Shown here: one piece after another, positions 8,741 to 18,157 of the stretch
Layout: the number at the start of each line of letters is the position of its first letter
Numbering within the stretch: the stretch's first letter is position 1
Assembly: GCA_948437895.1 (NCBI GenBank)
Contig: CAOJKK010000002.1
Location: forward strand, 8,116-72,115
Length of the DNA stretch: 64,000 nt
From: an uncultured Clostridium sp.
GTDB taxonomy: Bacteria; Bacillota; Clostridia; TANB77; CAG-508
Direction of reading: 5' to 3'
The notes under the pieces: model-generated
Database searches by the model: none
Told to the model about the DNA's origin: nothing
What the model saw: the letters and a program-made list of their open reading frames with translations, nothing else
Made by a program: the position numbers and the translations under genes

Positions 8741-10972
8741 ATGAGAAAGAAAAAAGAAGATATGAAGATTAAAAAATATAAACTAAAGACAGGATGGATA
8801 GCTATTTTGTTTTTATTAGTCCTTATACTATCATTTTTCTATGTTAATCACGTCAAAAAATTAATATATAAAAATATATATAACAACATAAGTGAACTTA
8901 GTCAGCAAACTGCTACACAATTAAATCTTTCTATAACAGACCAAATGAACTTTGTTGAAATAATGGTAGATTCAATAGATAGAGGTGATTTTAATACACC
9001 ACAAGATATTTTTGATGGATTTAAAGAAGAATTAGAAAATTATCATTTTACGAGATTTGTAATTTTGGATAAAGATGGGAATGGTACAACAAGTGATGGA
9101 CATGTTGTAAAAGATTATGCCAATATACAAGAATTCTTTAATCAAGATGAAGTTTATTTATCTGAAAATAGACCAAGTACAGTTTCTGATAATCAAGTAA
9201 ATATATATTCAAAAACATTTAAACTTAATGGAGAAGAGCTAGTATTAATGGCAACAATTAATACAGAAGATTACAAAGAAATCCTATTAAGAAGACTATT
9301 TGGTATTGGTGGAACATATCTAATAAATAATGATGGAGATATACTTATAGATTCGTTTGATAACGTACAAGGAACTAACACAAATTTATATAATTACATG
9401 ATAAGTGAATATACGTTAAAAGGACAAGCAGATATAGATAAAGTAGTTAAAATGGGAGAAAGTGTAAAAAATAAAGAAACAGGCACTTTTGATATAAAAC
9501 TTGAAAAAAACACATATTTTGTACACTATGAAAAAGTTAATATAAATGATTGGTATGTAGTAACTGTAGCATCAGATGAAACAATTGCTAAAGAACTTAT
9601 TACATTAGTAGTATTATCTGTTATACTTTGCTTATCAATTTGTTTTGTTATAATATTAATCTCCCTATATATAGATATGTCAAATCAAAAAAAGAATCGT
9701 AAACTATATGATGTTGCATATATAGATCCAATAACATTACTTGGAAATGAGAGCTATTTTAGAGAGAATGGTTCTAAGTATTTACAAAATGAAGAGAAAA
9801 ACAAATATATAATTGCACTTGATATTAATAAATTTAAAGCTTTAAACAATGTTTATGGTTATGAATTTTGTAACAATGTATTAAAAGAAATTGGAAATAA
9901 ATTAGTTAACATACTACCTCAAGACAATATTACATGTAGAATTTCTAATGATGTTTTTGCAACTATATTTAGTTATAAAAGAAATATTCATAATCTACTT
10001 AACAAAATATTTAATGAAGCTTCAAACCTAAAAATAGACGATACAAACATACATGTTAATTTGTCAATAGGAATATATAAGATTAAAGAAAAGGATAAAG
10101 ATATAAATAAAATACTGGATAAAGCATATATGGCACGCTCAAAGATAAAGGGTCTATATAATAGAAATTACTATATATTTGATGAAGTGCTTGAAAATCA
10201 ATTAGTTGAACAACAAAAAATTGAATCATGTATGGAGGATGCATTAAAAAATAAAGAGTTTAAAGTTGTATATCAACCTAAAACTTATACAAAAACTGAA
10301 AAGCTATCTGGAGCAGAGGCTTTAGTTAGATGGCAAAGAAATGGTGAAGTTATTCCACCAAACAAATTCATACCATTATTTGAAAAAAATAAATTCATAA
10401 TAAAACTAGATTTATATATTTTTGAACAAGCATGCAAAGATATTGCAAATTGGAAAGAAAAATTAAATTTCCAACCAATAATTTCAATAAATGTATCTAA
10501 AGAACACTTTGTAGATGAGAATTTTATAGATGAATATGTAAGAATTGCTGATAAATATAATATAGATAGAAGTAAAATAGATTTAGAAATCACAGAAAGT
10601 GCAGCCATAGATGAAAATATAGATACATTAAAAATATTTAATAAGATAAAAGAAAAAGGGTTTGACATCTCAATAGATGACTTTGGTACAGGATATTCAT
10701 CACTTAGTATGTTAGAAAACCTGCCAATAGATGTAATAAAAATAGACAAAGTATTTGTTGATAAAGCAGATTTGAATAGTAATAAAAACATCATTAACTA
10801 TATTATGCTTCTTGCAAAAAGACTTGGAGTAAGAACAATTGTAGAAGGTGTTGAAACTAAAGAACAAATAGAATTTGTAAGAAAGCTAAAATGTGATGTG
10901 GTTCAAGGATATTATTATTCAAAACCAATATCGAAAGAAGAGTTTGAAGAGTATATAATCAAAAATAAATAG
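8741..10972 (+). CDS. membrane sensor with Cache-like periplasmic domain, degenerate GGDEF and intact EAL domain (c-di-GMP phosphodiesterase)
   Basis: Two TM segments flank an extracytoplasmic domain. The GGDEF position reads SNDVF. EAL motifs EALVRW, DDFGTGYSSL and EGVET are present. Confidence 0.8.
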   Translation: MRKKKEDMKIKKYKLKTGWIAILFLLVLILSFFYVNHVKKLIYKNIYNNISELSQQTATQLNLSITDQMNFVEIMVDSIDRGDFNTPQDIFDGFKEELENYHFTRFVILDKDGNGTTSDGHVVKDYANIQEFFNQDEVYLSENRPSTVSDNQVNIYSKTFKLNGEELVLMATINTEDYKEILLRRLFGIGGTYLINNDGDILIDSFDNVQGTNTNLYNYMISEYTLKGQADIDKVVKMGESVKNKETGTFDIKLEKNTYFVHYEKVNINDWYVVTVASDETIAKELITLVVLSVILCLSICFVIILISLYIDMSNQKKNRKLYDVAYIDPITLLGNESYFRENGSKYLQNEEKNKYIIALDINKFKALNNVYGYEFCNNVLKEIGNKLVNILPQDNITCRISNDVFATIFSYKRNIHNLLNKIFNEASNLKIDDTNIHVNLSIGIYKIKEKDKDINKILDKAYMARSKIKGLYNRNYYIFDEVLENQLVEQQKIESCMEDALKNKEFKVVYQPKTYTKTEKLSGAEALVRWQRNGEVIPPNKFIPLFEKNKFIIKLDLYIFEQACKDIANWKEKLNFQPIISINVSKEHFVDENFIDEYVRIADKYNIDRSKIDLEITESAAIDENIDTLKIFNKIKEKGFDISIDDFGTGYSSLSMLENLPIDVIKIDKVFVDKADLNSNKNIINYIMLLAKRLGVRTIVEGVETKEQIEFVRKLKCDVVQGYYYSKPISKEEFEEYIIKNK

Positions 10973-10989
10973 AATGGGGAATAAATATA

Positions 10990-11766
10990 ATGAAAGATAA
11001 AAAGTTTGTAGTAACAGAAGAAAATGTTAGAGAGTGTTGCAATGAAATAGAACAATGGATAAAAGAGAAGGTAGAAAATGCAAAAGCAAATGGTGTTGTG
11101 TTAGGAATGAGTAGTGGTGTAGATTGTAGTACTGTTGCAAGATTATGCCAAGATGCTGGAATAAATACACATTTAGTGCTTATGCCATATGGTGAAGATA
11201 TGAATAATTCAAAGAGCTATCAAGATGCAATGGAATTAATAAATAAGTTTAATTTTGACTATCATATATTTGATATAAAACCCGCTGTAGATAGTATACA
11301 AATACCTAGTGATTCTGATATCTTAAAAGGTGCTAATACTACAAATATAGAACTTTCAAAAGCAAATATTAGACCTAGAGTTCGAATGACATATCTATAT
11401 CAATATGCGCAGATAAATAATCTTTTAGTCATAGGTACAGGAAATTTATCAGAGTGCACAGTTGGATATTTTACAAAATGGGGAGATGGAGCATGTGATA
11501 TAAATCCAATGAGATTCATTACAAAAAGAGAAGTATATATTTTGGCTAAGTATTTACAAGTTCCAGAATGTATAATAAATAAAAAACCATCTGCAGGACT
11601 TTGGGAAGGTCAAACTGATGAAGAAGAATTAGGAATAAAGTATGAGCAAATTGATGAATTTATTCTAAACGGAACTTCTGGTAATGAAGAAGTTGATAAA
11701 GTAATAAAAATCAAAAATGAAAGAGCTATGCATAAACTAAAACAAATTTCGGTTTTTAATAAATAA
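10990..11766 (+). CDS. nadE: NH3-dependent NAD+ synthetase
   Basis: GMSSGVDCS PP-loop variant, GTGNLSE, YFTKWGDG. Confidence 0.8.
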   Translation: MKDKKFVVTEENVRECCNEIEQWIKEKVENAKANGVVLGMSSGVDCSTVARLCQDAGINTHLVLMPYGEDMNNSKSYQDAMELINKFNFDYHIFDIKPAVDSIQIPSDSDILKGANTTNIELSKANIRPRVRMTYLYQYAQINNLLVIGTGNLSECTVGYFTKWGDGACDINPMRFITKREVYILAKYLQVPECIINKKPSAGLWEGQTDEEELGIKYEQIDEFILNGTSGNEEVDKVIKIKNERAMHKLKQISVFNK

Positions 11767-11791
11767 TTGTGAAATAGAAAGAGGATACAAT

Positions 11792-12319
11792 ATGAAGATT
11801 TATGTAATAAGACATGCACAGACAGATTCTAATAAGAATGGGATAGCAGGAGACATTGAAGAAGATATTAATGAAACAGGTGTACAACAATGTTTGGAGG
11901 CAAGAGAAAAGGTTAAGAATTTAGATATAGATTTAATAATATCTTCACCAGCAAGAAGAACTAAACATGTAACAGAAATAATAAATGTAAACAATATTCC
12001 TGTAATATATGATGAAAGAATAATAGAAAGAGAATTAGGTAAATACGAAACCTATAATTATAAAGATATAGACAAATCTGATTTTTGGAACTATTATCCT
12101 AAAAAGTATTTAGAACTAGAATCAATGAAAAGTGTTTGCGACAGAGTAAATGACTTTATAAAAGATATAAAAGAAAAATATCATGATAAAAAGATACTTC
12201 TTGTAACACATGGAGGAGTAACAAGAGGAATTTATTGTAATGCATATGGAATTCCAGAAGACGGAGATTTATCTCTTTTAAATCAGAAAAATTGTGAACT
12301 AAAAGAATATGAAGTATAG
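11792..12319 (+). CDS. histidine phosphatase family protein (phosphoglycerate mutase-like)
   Basis: RHAQTDSN N-terminal RHG-type motif and a late TH(G)G motif. Confidence 0.7.
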   Translation: MKIYVIRHAQTDSNKNGIAGDIEEDINETGVQQCLEAREKVKNLDIDLIISSPARRTKHVTEIINVNNIPVIYDERIIERELGKYETYNYKDIDKSDFWNYYPKKYLELESMKSVCDRVNDFIKDIKEKYHDKKILLVTHGGVTRGIYCNAYGIPEDGDLSLLNQKNCELKEYEV

Positions 12320-12337
12320 AAAAAGAAGGAATAGAAT

Positions 12338-12913
12338 ATGAAATTAACTAGTAATCAAGCTAAAGAGATGCTAAAAGAAATAGAAGAAAATTTAGAAGAT
12401 AATTATTGGATAAGACATTCTATATGTGTTGGAGATTCAGCAGGTAGAATAGCAGAAAAATTAGGTTCAGATATAGATAAAGCTATGACTTTAGGATATA
12501 TTCATGATATAGGAAAAAAGTTTGGAAACTTTCAGGAACATGATATGAATGGTTATATGTATATAAAAGAACTTGGATATGATGAAGAGTATGCTAATGT
12601 TTGTTTAACACATTCATGTCTAAATAATGACATAAAGTGTACAGTAGGCATAGTATTATCTGATAATAAGGTAAGGACTGATTTCATAGAAAACCATGAA
12701 TATACTATTTATGAGAAAATAATTAATTTATGTGATTTGATGTGTACAGATGTAAATATGACATTAGAAAAAAGATTAATAGATATATTTGTAAGAAGAG
12801 GAATAAACGAAAATACTGTTTATCATATAAAAGAAGCACAGAAATTAAAGAAATACTTTGATGATATGTTGGGATATAATGTATATGATTTATTTCCTAA
12901 TGTTATAGTTTAG
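12338..12913 (+). CDS. HD domain protein
   Basis: H...HD pattern (RHSICV, YIHDIGK). Confidence 0.6.
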   Translation: MKLTSNQAKEMLKEIEENLEDNYWIRHSICVGDSAGRIAEKLGSDIDKAMTLGYIHDIGKKFGNFQEHDMNGYMYIKELGYDEEYANVCLTHSCLNNDIKCTVGIVLSDNKVRTDFIENHEYTIYEKIINLCDLMCTDVNMTLEKRLIDIFVRRGINENTVYHIKEAQKLKKYFDDMLGYNVYDLFPNVIV

Positions 12914-12976
12914 ATATAAAAGCATGTTTTACATTTTTGAATGTAGCATGTTTTTTTATTAAAATAAAATTCTACA

Positions 12977-13000
12977 AATATGACACACATATGTCATATT
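12977..13000. promoter_or_regulatory. inverted-repeat operator AATATGACA-N6-TGTCATATT
   Basis: Perfect 9-bp inverted arms. It sits at the -35 position relative to the TGnTATAAT element at 13005-13013, upstream of the WYL regulator. Confidence 0.6.
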
Positions 13001-13030
13001 ATTGTGATATAATTAAATACGGTGAGGAAT

Positions 13031-13924
13031 ATGCAAATTAATAGGTTATTTGAAATAGTATACATGTTGTTAGAAAGAAAAAACATTACAGCAAAAGAAC
13101 TTGCTGATAAGTTTGAAGTGTCTACAAGAACAATTTATAGAGATATAGAAATACTAAGTGCAGCGAAAATTCCTATATATGCAGTAAAAGGAAAAGGTGG
13201 AGGAATTGCTCTTTTAGATGATTATGTATTAAATAAATCAATATTATCAGAAGAAGAACAAAATCAAATATTGTTTGCTCTTCAAAGTATGGATAAAATA
13301 AGTAATCAAGATGAAAAGAATGTATTAGAAAAAATGAGTTCCATTTTTAATAAAAGTAGAACAAATTGGATAGAAGTAGATTTTTCAGACTGGGGAACAA
13401 TAGGAGATCAAGATAAAACATTTAATTTAATTAAAGAAGCAGTATTAAAGCAAAAGGTATTAGAATTCATATACTATAATTCCTATGGAGAAGATAAAAA
13501 AAGACAGGTAGAACCGCTTCAAATATATTTTAAAGACAAAGCATGGTATTTAAAGTCCTATTGCAGAGATAAAAAGGATTACAGATTATTTAAAATATCA
13601 AGAATGAAAGATATTAAAATATTAGATGAAACTTTTAAAAGAGAATTATCTGAAATAGTAGAGAAGAAGCAGGAGTTTAAAACTATAAAACTAGAATTAG
13701 AAATTTCCAAAAGTATGTCATATAGAGTATATGATGAATTCAAGAAAGAAAATATAACTAAAAAGGAAAATGGAGACTTCATTGTAAATATAGAATATCC
13801 TGAAAATGATTGGGTATATGGATATATTTTATCTTTTGGAGAGAATATAAAAGTTATATCACCAGAATATGCAAAAGATATTATAAAAGAAAAACTACAA
13901 AAAAGTATGAAAAATTATTTATAA
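13031..13924 (+). CDS. HTH + WYL domain transcriptional regulator (YafY-like)
   Basis: N-terminal HTH (ITAKELADKFEVSTRTIYRDIE) and a KAWYLKSYC WYL motif. Start is uncertain (ATG 13031 or GTG 13022). Confidence 0.8.
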   Translation: MQINRLFEIVYMLLERKNITAKELADKFEVSTRTIYRDIEILSAAKIPIYAVKGKGGGIALLDDYVLNKSILSEEEQNQILFALQSMDKISNQDEKNVLEKMSSIFNKSRTNWIEVDFSDWGTIGDQDKTFNLIKEAVLKQKVLEFIYYNSYGEDKKRQVEPLQIYFKDKAWYLKSYCRDKKDYRLFKISRMKDIKILDETFKRELSEIVEKKQEFKTIKLELEISKSMSYRVYDEFKKENITKKENGDFIVNIEYPENDWVYGYILSFGENIKVISPEYAKDIIKEKLQKSMKNYL

Positions 13925-13946
13925 TATGACAGACAGTTGTCAAATT
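13923..13946. promoter_or_regulatory. second copy of the TGACA-N6-TGTCA operator
   Basis: AATATGACA gacagt TGTCAAATT, same architecture as 12977-13000. It lies between the WYL gene and the GyrI-like gene. Confidence 0.5.
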
Positions 13947-13981
13947 TACTTATATATAATTCAAACCAGGAGGTAAGAATT

Positions 13982-14443
13982 ATGGAATATGAAATTGTAG
14001 AATTAGAAGAAAAAATAGTAGAAGGAATTAACGTAAGAACAACCAATCAAGATGGAAAATCTATACAAGATATAGGGGCTTTGTGGCAAAAATTTTATGC
14101 AGAAGGAGAATACAACAAAATCGAAAACAAAGTAAATAATAAAGCAATAGGTTTATACACAGAATATGAAGGTGATTATACAAAACCATATAGCTTTATA
14201 GTATGTAGTGAAGTAGATAAAAAGTCTAATAATATGGAAAACAGAATAGTTAAAGTAATTCCAAAAGGCAGATATGCTAAATTCGTAATTATAGGTGATG
14301 TTCAAAAATCAGTAGGAGAAGCATGGGGAAAAATCTGGAACATGAATTTAGAAAGAAAGTATACATGTGATTTTGAAGAATATCAAAATAATACAGAAGA
14401 TATGCAGAATCAAGAAATTCATATTTATATAGCTATAAAATAA
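13982..14443 (+). CDS. GyrI-like small-molecule-binding domain protein
   Basis: MEYEIVELEEKIVEGINVRT...ALWQKFY. SD aggagg before the ATG at 13982. Confidence 0.7.
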   Translation: MEYEIVELEEKIVEGINVRTTNQDGKSIQDIGALWQKFYAEGEYNKIENKVNNKAIGLYTEYEGDYTKPYSFIVCSEVDKKSNNMENRIVKVIPKGRYAKFVIIGDVQKSVGEAWGKIWNMNLERKYTCDFEEYQNNTEDMQNQEIHIYIAIK

Positions 14444-14464
14444 TAAATGGAAGAGGAGTGCTAT

Positions 14465-15119
14465 ATGGAAAAGATAGATTATAAAAAGAAATATAAAGAA
14501 TTATACTTGCCTAAAACAAAACCAGAGCTTGTTTATGTACCAGATATGAAATTCATAATGATAGAAGGAAAAGGTAATCCAAATGAAGAAAATGGAGAAT
14601 ATCAAGAAGCTATGCAATTGTTATACGGATTATCATTTACAATAAAAATGAGCAAGATGGGAGAAACTAAAATAAATGGTTATTTTGAATATGTTGTACC
14701 ACCATTAGAAGGATTATGGTGGCAAGAAGGTGTTAAACGGAATTGATTATTCTCATAAAGAAAATTTTAAATGGATTTCAATGATAAGACAGCCAGAATT
14801 TGTAACAGAAGAAGTTTTTAAATGGGCTTGTAAAGAATTGAACGATAAAAAAGGACTAGATACTTCAAAGGTGAAATTTAAAGAATTAGAAGAAGGTTTA
14901 TGTGTTCAAATGATGCACATAGGTTCTTATGATGAAGAACCTAATACAATAAGAAAAATAGATGAATATATAGAAAACAATAATTTGAAAAACGATATAG
15001 GTTCTTTACTAAAAGATGAAACAATAAGAAGACATCATGAAATATATTTATCTGACCCTAGAAGAACAGCAGTGAATAATTTAAAAACTGTAATAAGAAT
15101 ACCAGTAATAAAGGAATAA
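14465..15119 (+). CDS. GyrI-like domain protein; needs +1 shift at C14738
   Basis: Track ORFs 14447-14746 and 14730-15119 are the two halves of one family-typical protein (PLEGLWWQEGVK-G-IDYSHKENFKWISMIRQPEFVT). They join when C14738 is skipped. Confidence 0.7.
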
Positions 15120-15124
15120 GAATA

Positions 15125-16009
15125 ATGGAATTTATACCAGCAAAAACTATATTGCAAAAAGCTAGTCATTCTGAAGAATGGTTTGGAATTGACTATAATA
15201 TGAATTTATATAAAGGGTGCTGTCATAAATGTATCTATTGTGATAGTAGAAGTAATTGTTATAAGGTAGAAGATTTTGATAGAGTAAGAGCCAAAGAAAA
15301 TGAGATAGAAATTTTAGATAAGGAATTAAGTAGCAAGAGGAAGAAAGGAGTTATAGGTATTGGAGCAATGTCTGATACATATAATCCTTTTGAAAAAGAA
15401 TACGAGATAACTAGGAAAGCACTAAAACTTGTATCTAAATATAACTTTGGGGTATCTATAGAAACAAAAAGTAATCTTATTACTAGAGATATAGATTTGT
15501 TTAAAGAAATAAATTCTAAGGCAAATGTAATATTAAAATTTACAATAACTACAGCAGATGACGTTTTATCAAAAATTATAGAACCATGTGTATGTATATC
15601 TTCAGAAAGACTAAAAGCAATGAAAAAATTATCAGATGAAGGATTATTTGTTGGAACTCTACTTACACCTATCATTCCATTTATAACAGATTCTGAAGAG
15701 AATATAAGAGAAGTGATAAGGTTATCAGCAGAAAATGGAGCAAAATTTGTGTTCTCAATGGGTGGTGTGACATTAAGAGAAAATCAAAGAGACTATTTTT
15801 TTAAGGAATTAGACAAGTCTTTTCCTGGATTAAAACAAAAGTATATAGAAACATTTGGTAATGATTATTTTTGTTATCCACTAAATAAAAATTTGAGCAG
15901 AGTTTTTAAGGAAGAATGCGATAAATATGGTTTGATATATAAAATGAAAGAGATAATAAAAGCATATAAAAAGGAGAATAGCAATGAAGAACAGTTAAGA
16001 TTTATATAA
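15125..16009 (+). CDS. radical SAM protein (SplB / DNA-photolyase-like COG1533 type)
   Basis: CxxxCxxC cluster CHKCIYC near the N-terminus. 294 aa. Confidence 0.65.
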   Translation: MEFIPAKTILQKASHSEEWFGIDYNMNLYKGCCHKCIYCDSRSNCYKVEDFDRVRAKENEIEILDKELSSKRKKGVIGIGAMSDTYNPFEKEYEITRKALKLVSKYNFGVSIETKSNLITRDIDLFKEINSKANVILKFTITTADDVLSKIIEPCVCISSERLKAMKKLSDEGLFVGTLLTPIIPFITDSEENIREVIRLSAENGAKFVFSMGGVTLRENQRDYFFKELDKSFPGLKQKYIETFGNDYFCYPLNKNLSRVFKEECDKYGLIYKMKEIIKAYKKENSNEEQLRFI

Positions 16010-16039
16010 AAGGAAGTTATAGTGAAGGTTTAGAATATG

Positions 16040-16070
16040 ATAGGAAAGTATATAAGTACTTTCCTATTTT
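16040..16070 (+). terminator. rho-independent terminator
   Basis: 11-bp stem ataggaaagta / tactttcctat followed by tttt. Confidence 0.75.
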
Positions 16071-16260
16071 AATATAATAATATAATTGAAAACTACATAA
16101 AGTTATGATAATATAATTTTAAATTTGGGAATATGGGATTTAAAGAAAAGATGATAGGTAAAGCATATACAGCTGGAATTTCTGATTTCATTACAAGTGT
16201 GTCAACAGTGATTGCGATTTATAGATATTATTATAGAAGTAAAATAAAGGAGAAGGATAT

Positions 16261-16848
16261 ATGAAAATTGGAGTAGATGTAGATAATACAATAACAAATA
16301 CAATGCCAATCTTAAAGGCATATTGCAGAAGATATAATGATGAAGTTATAAAAAGAAATCTAGAAATGAATGAAAAAGGCTATTCATCAAGAACATTATA
16401 TAATTGGACGCCTGAAGAAAATCTTGCGTTTTGTAATAAATATTTACAGGAAATTGTTCTTCAAGCAGATATAAAAGAAAATGCTAGAGAAATAATAGAA
16501 AAGATAAAAAACGAAGGTAATGAAATATATATAATAAGTGCAAGAAGTGAGCCAACGTTTATAGATCCATATAATGTAACAAAAGGATTTTTAGATAAAA
16601 ATAATATTGTATATGATAAAATAATAGTCAATTGTGAGGATAAATACACATATTGTAAAGAAAATGGTATTGATTTAATAATGGATGATGAGCCCCAAAA
16701 TGTAAATCCTATTTCTGAAATAATACCAGTAATAGTTTTTGAGGGATTACAAAATGAAGACTGTAAAGGCGAAAATGTCATCAAAGTAAATACTTGGAAA
16801 GAAGTATATAAAGAATATAGAAATATAAAAGAGAAATTAGATAAATAA
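16261..16848 (+). CDS. HAD-family 5'(3')-deoxyribonucleotidase-like protein
   Basis: MKIGVDVDNTIT (DxDxT) motif. Paralog of the next gene. Confidence 0.6.
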   Translation: MKIGVDVDNTITNTMPILKAYCRRYNDEVIKRNLEMNEKGYSSRTLYNWTPEENLAFCNKYLQEIVLQADIKENAREIIEKIKNEGNEIYIISARSEPTFIDPYNVTKGFLDKNNIVYDKIIVNCEDKYTYCKENGIDLIMDDEPQNVNPISEIIPVIVFEGLQNEDCKGENVIKVNTWKEVYKEYRNIKEKLDK

Positions 16849-16863
16849 ATATTGGAGGAAAAA

Positions 16864-17439
16864 ATGAGAATAGGAATAGACATAGATGGAGTATTAACAG
16901 ATATATCAAAATTCTATTTAGATTATGGAGCAAAATTTGCTTTTGAAAATAATATAGAACCAATAATAGCAGATCCTAATGAATATGAAATTGAAGAGAT
17001 ATTAGATTTAGAAAAGGGAGCACATAAAGAATTTTGGAAAAAATATGATGAGTTCTATACTAAAAAAATATATACAAGAGAGTTTGCTGCTGAAGTAATA
17101 GACAAATTAAAAAACGAAGGTAATGAAATACATATAATTACTGCAAGAAATCCAAATGAAGAACAAAGCGAAACATGGACAAGTGATTGGCTAGATGATA
17201 ACAATATTCATTATGATAATTTAGTATTTACTGATAAGAAAGTAGAATATTGTAAAGAGAACAATATAGATTTAATGATAGAAGATAGTGTAAATAATAT
17301 TCTAGCACTATCTAAGGTAATCCCAGTTGTATGTTTAGATAACAGATATAATAAAGAGTGTGAAGGAAAGAACATAACAAGATGCTATAGTTGGTATGAT
17401 ATTTATAGTAAAATATTAAAAATGAATAAGAGGGGATAA
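16864..17439 (+). CDS. HAD-family 5'(3')-deoxyribonucleotidase-like protein (tandem paralog)
   Basis: MRIGIDIDGVLT. Shares KNEGNEI(Y/H)II(S/T)AR and CKEN(G/N)IDL with the previous gene. SD ggagg before the ATG at 16864. Confidence 0.6.
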   Translation: MRIGIDIDGVLTDISKFYLDYGAKFAFENNIEPIIADPNEYEIEEILDLEKGAHKEFWKKYDEFYTKKIYTREFAAEVIDKLKNEGNEIHIITARNPNEEQSETWTSDWLDDNNIHYDNLVFTDKKVEYCKENNIDLMIEDSVNNILALSKVIPVVCLDNRYNKECEGKNITRCYSWYDIYSKILKMNKRG

Positions 17440-17442
17440 TAA

Positions 17443-17895
17443 ATGATAGTAGAGAATCAATATTTGGATGAACTATTAAATATATTTGATAATAATCACA
17501 AAAACCATGTAGTAGATAGAACAGCATCACAAAGAATGCCTGTAGTTGTGTATGTAAAAGATGAAGAACCAGTAGGATATGGAGTAGTATATATAGGAAA
17601 AAATTTTTGTGAACAAGAAGAATATCCAATTACTATAGAAGAAGCAAAAGATGATTCTGTATATATATGGCAATTAGTTACAAAACAGGGATTTGAAAAT
17701 CAAGGCATAGCTACAAGTATAGTAAGATATATAACAGAGAAATATAAAGATCATGATATATATGTGTCTGTAAATATAAATAATTATGCAAGTATGAAAT
17801 GTCAATGTAAATGTGGATTTGTACCAATAAAGGCATTTGATGATAATGGAAAAACACATATAATTCTAAAAAAAGAACAAGTAATAGAAAAATAA
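17443..17895 (+). CDS. GNAT family N-acetyltransferase
   Basis: QGFENQGIATSIV acetyl-CoA loop. Confidence 0.65.
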   Translation: MIVENQYLDELLNIFDNNHKNHVVDRTASQRMPVVVYVKDEEPVGYGVVYIGKNFCEQEEYPITIEEAKDDSVYIWQLVTKQGFENQGIATSIVRYITEKYKDHDIYVSVNINNYASMKCQCKCGFVPIKAFDDNGKTHIILKKEQVIEK

Positions 17896-17926
17896 AATCT
17901 ATTTTTTACAAAAATATAAAAAAACT

Positions 17927-18107
17927 CAGCCAAAGAGTATAAAAACTTTGGCTGGATTAAATTAAAATCAGCATATAAAAAATATACTGGATTAAAATGT
18001 ACTAATATTCTATGCAGTATATTTATGTTCTATTCAAATAAAATAACGACAGTCTTGAAGACTGTCGGATTAAAATGATAACGTAACTTTCGTTACGGAT
18101 TAAAATG
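17927..18107. repeat. array of four different hairpins, each abutting the constant motif GGATTAAAATG
   Basis: Stems: 17927-17954 (9 bp), 17969-17989 (8 bp, 1 mismatch), 18047-18067 (8-10 bp), 18082-18097 (6 bp). Exact GGATTAAAATG at 17989-17999, 18067-18077 and 18097-18107; variant GGATTAAATTAAAAT at 17954-17968. Confidence 0.7.
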
Positions 18108-18157
18108 TTTTATTTAATATAATTATACTATTAATATTACTAGAAAGTCAATACTAT

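Noticed and set aside
17927-18107. CRISPR array
   Set aside because: The constant element is only 11 nt. The units are irregularly spaced, and the variable parts are self-complementary hairpins rather than spacers. No cas genes are in the window.
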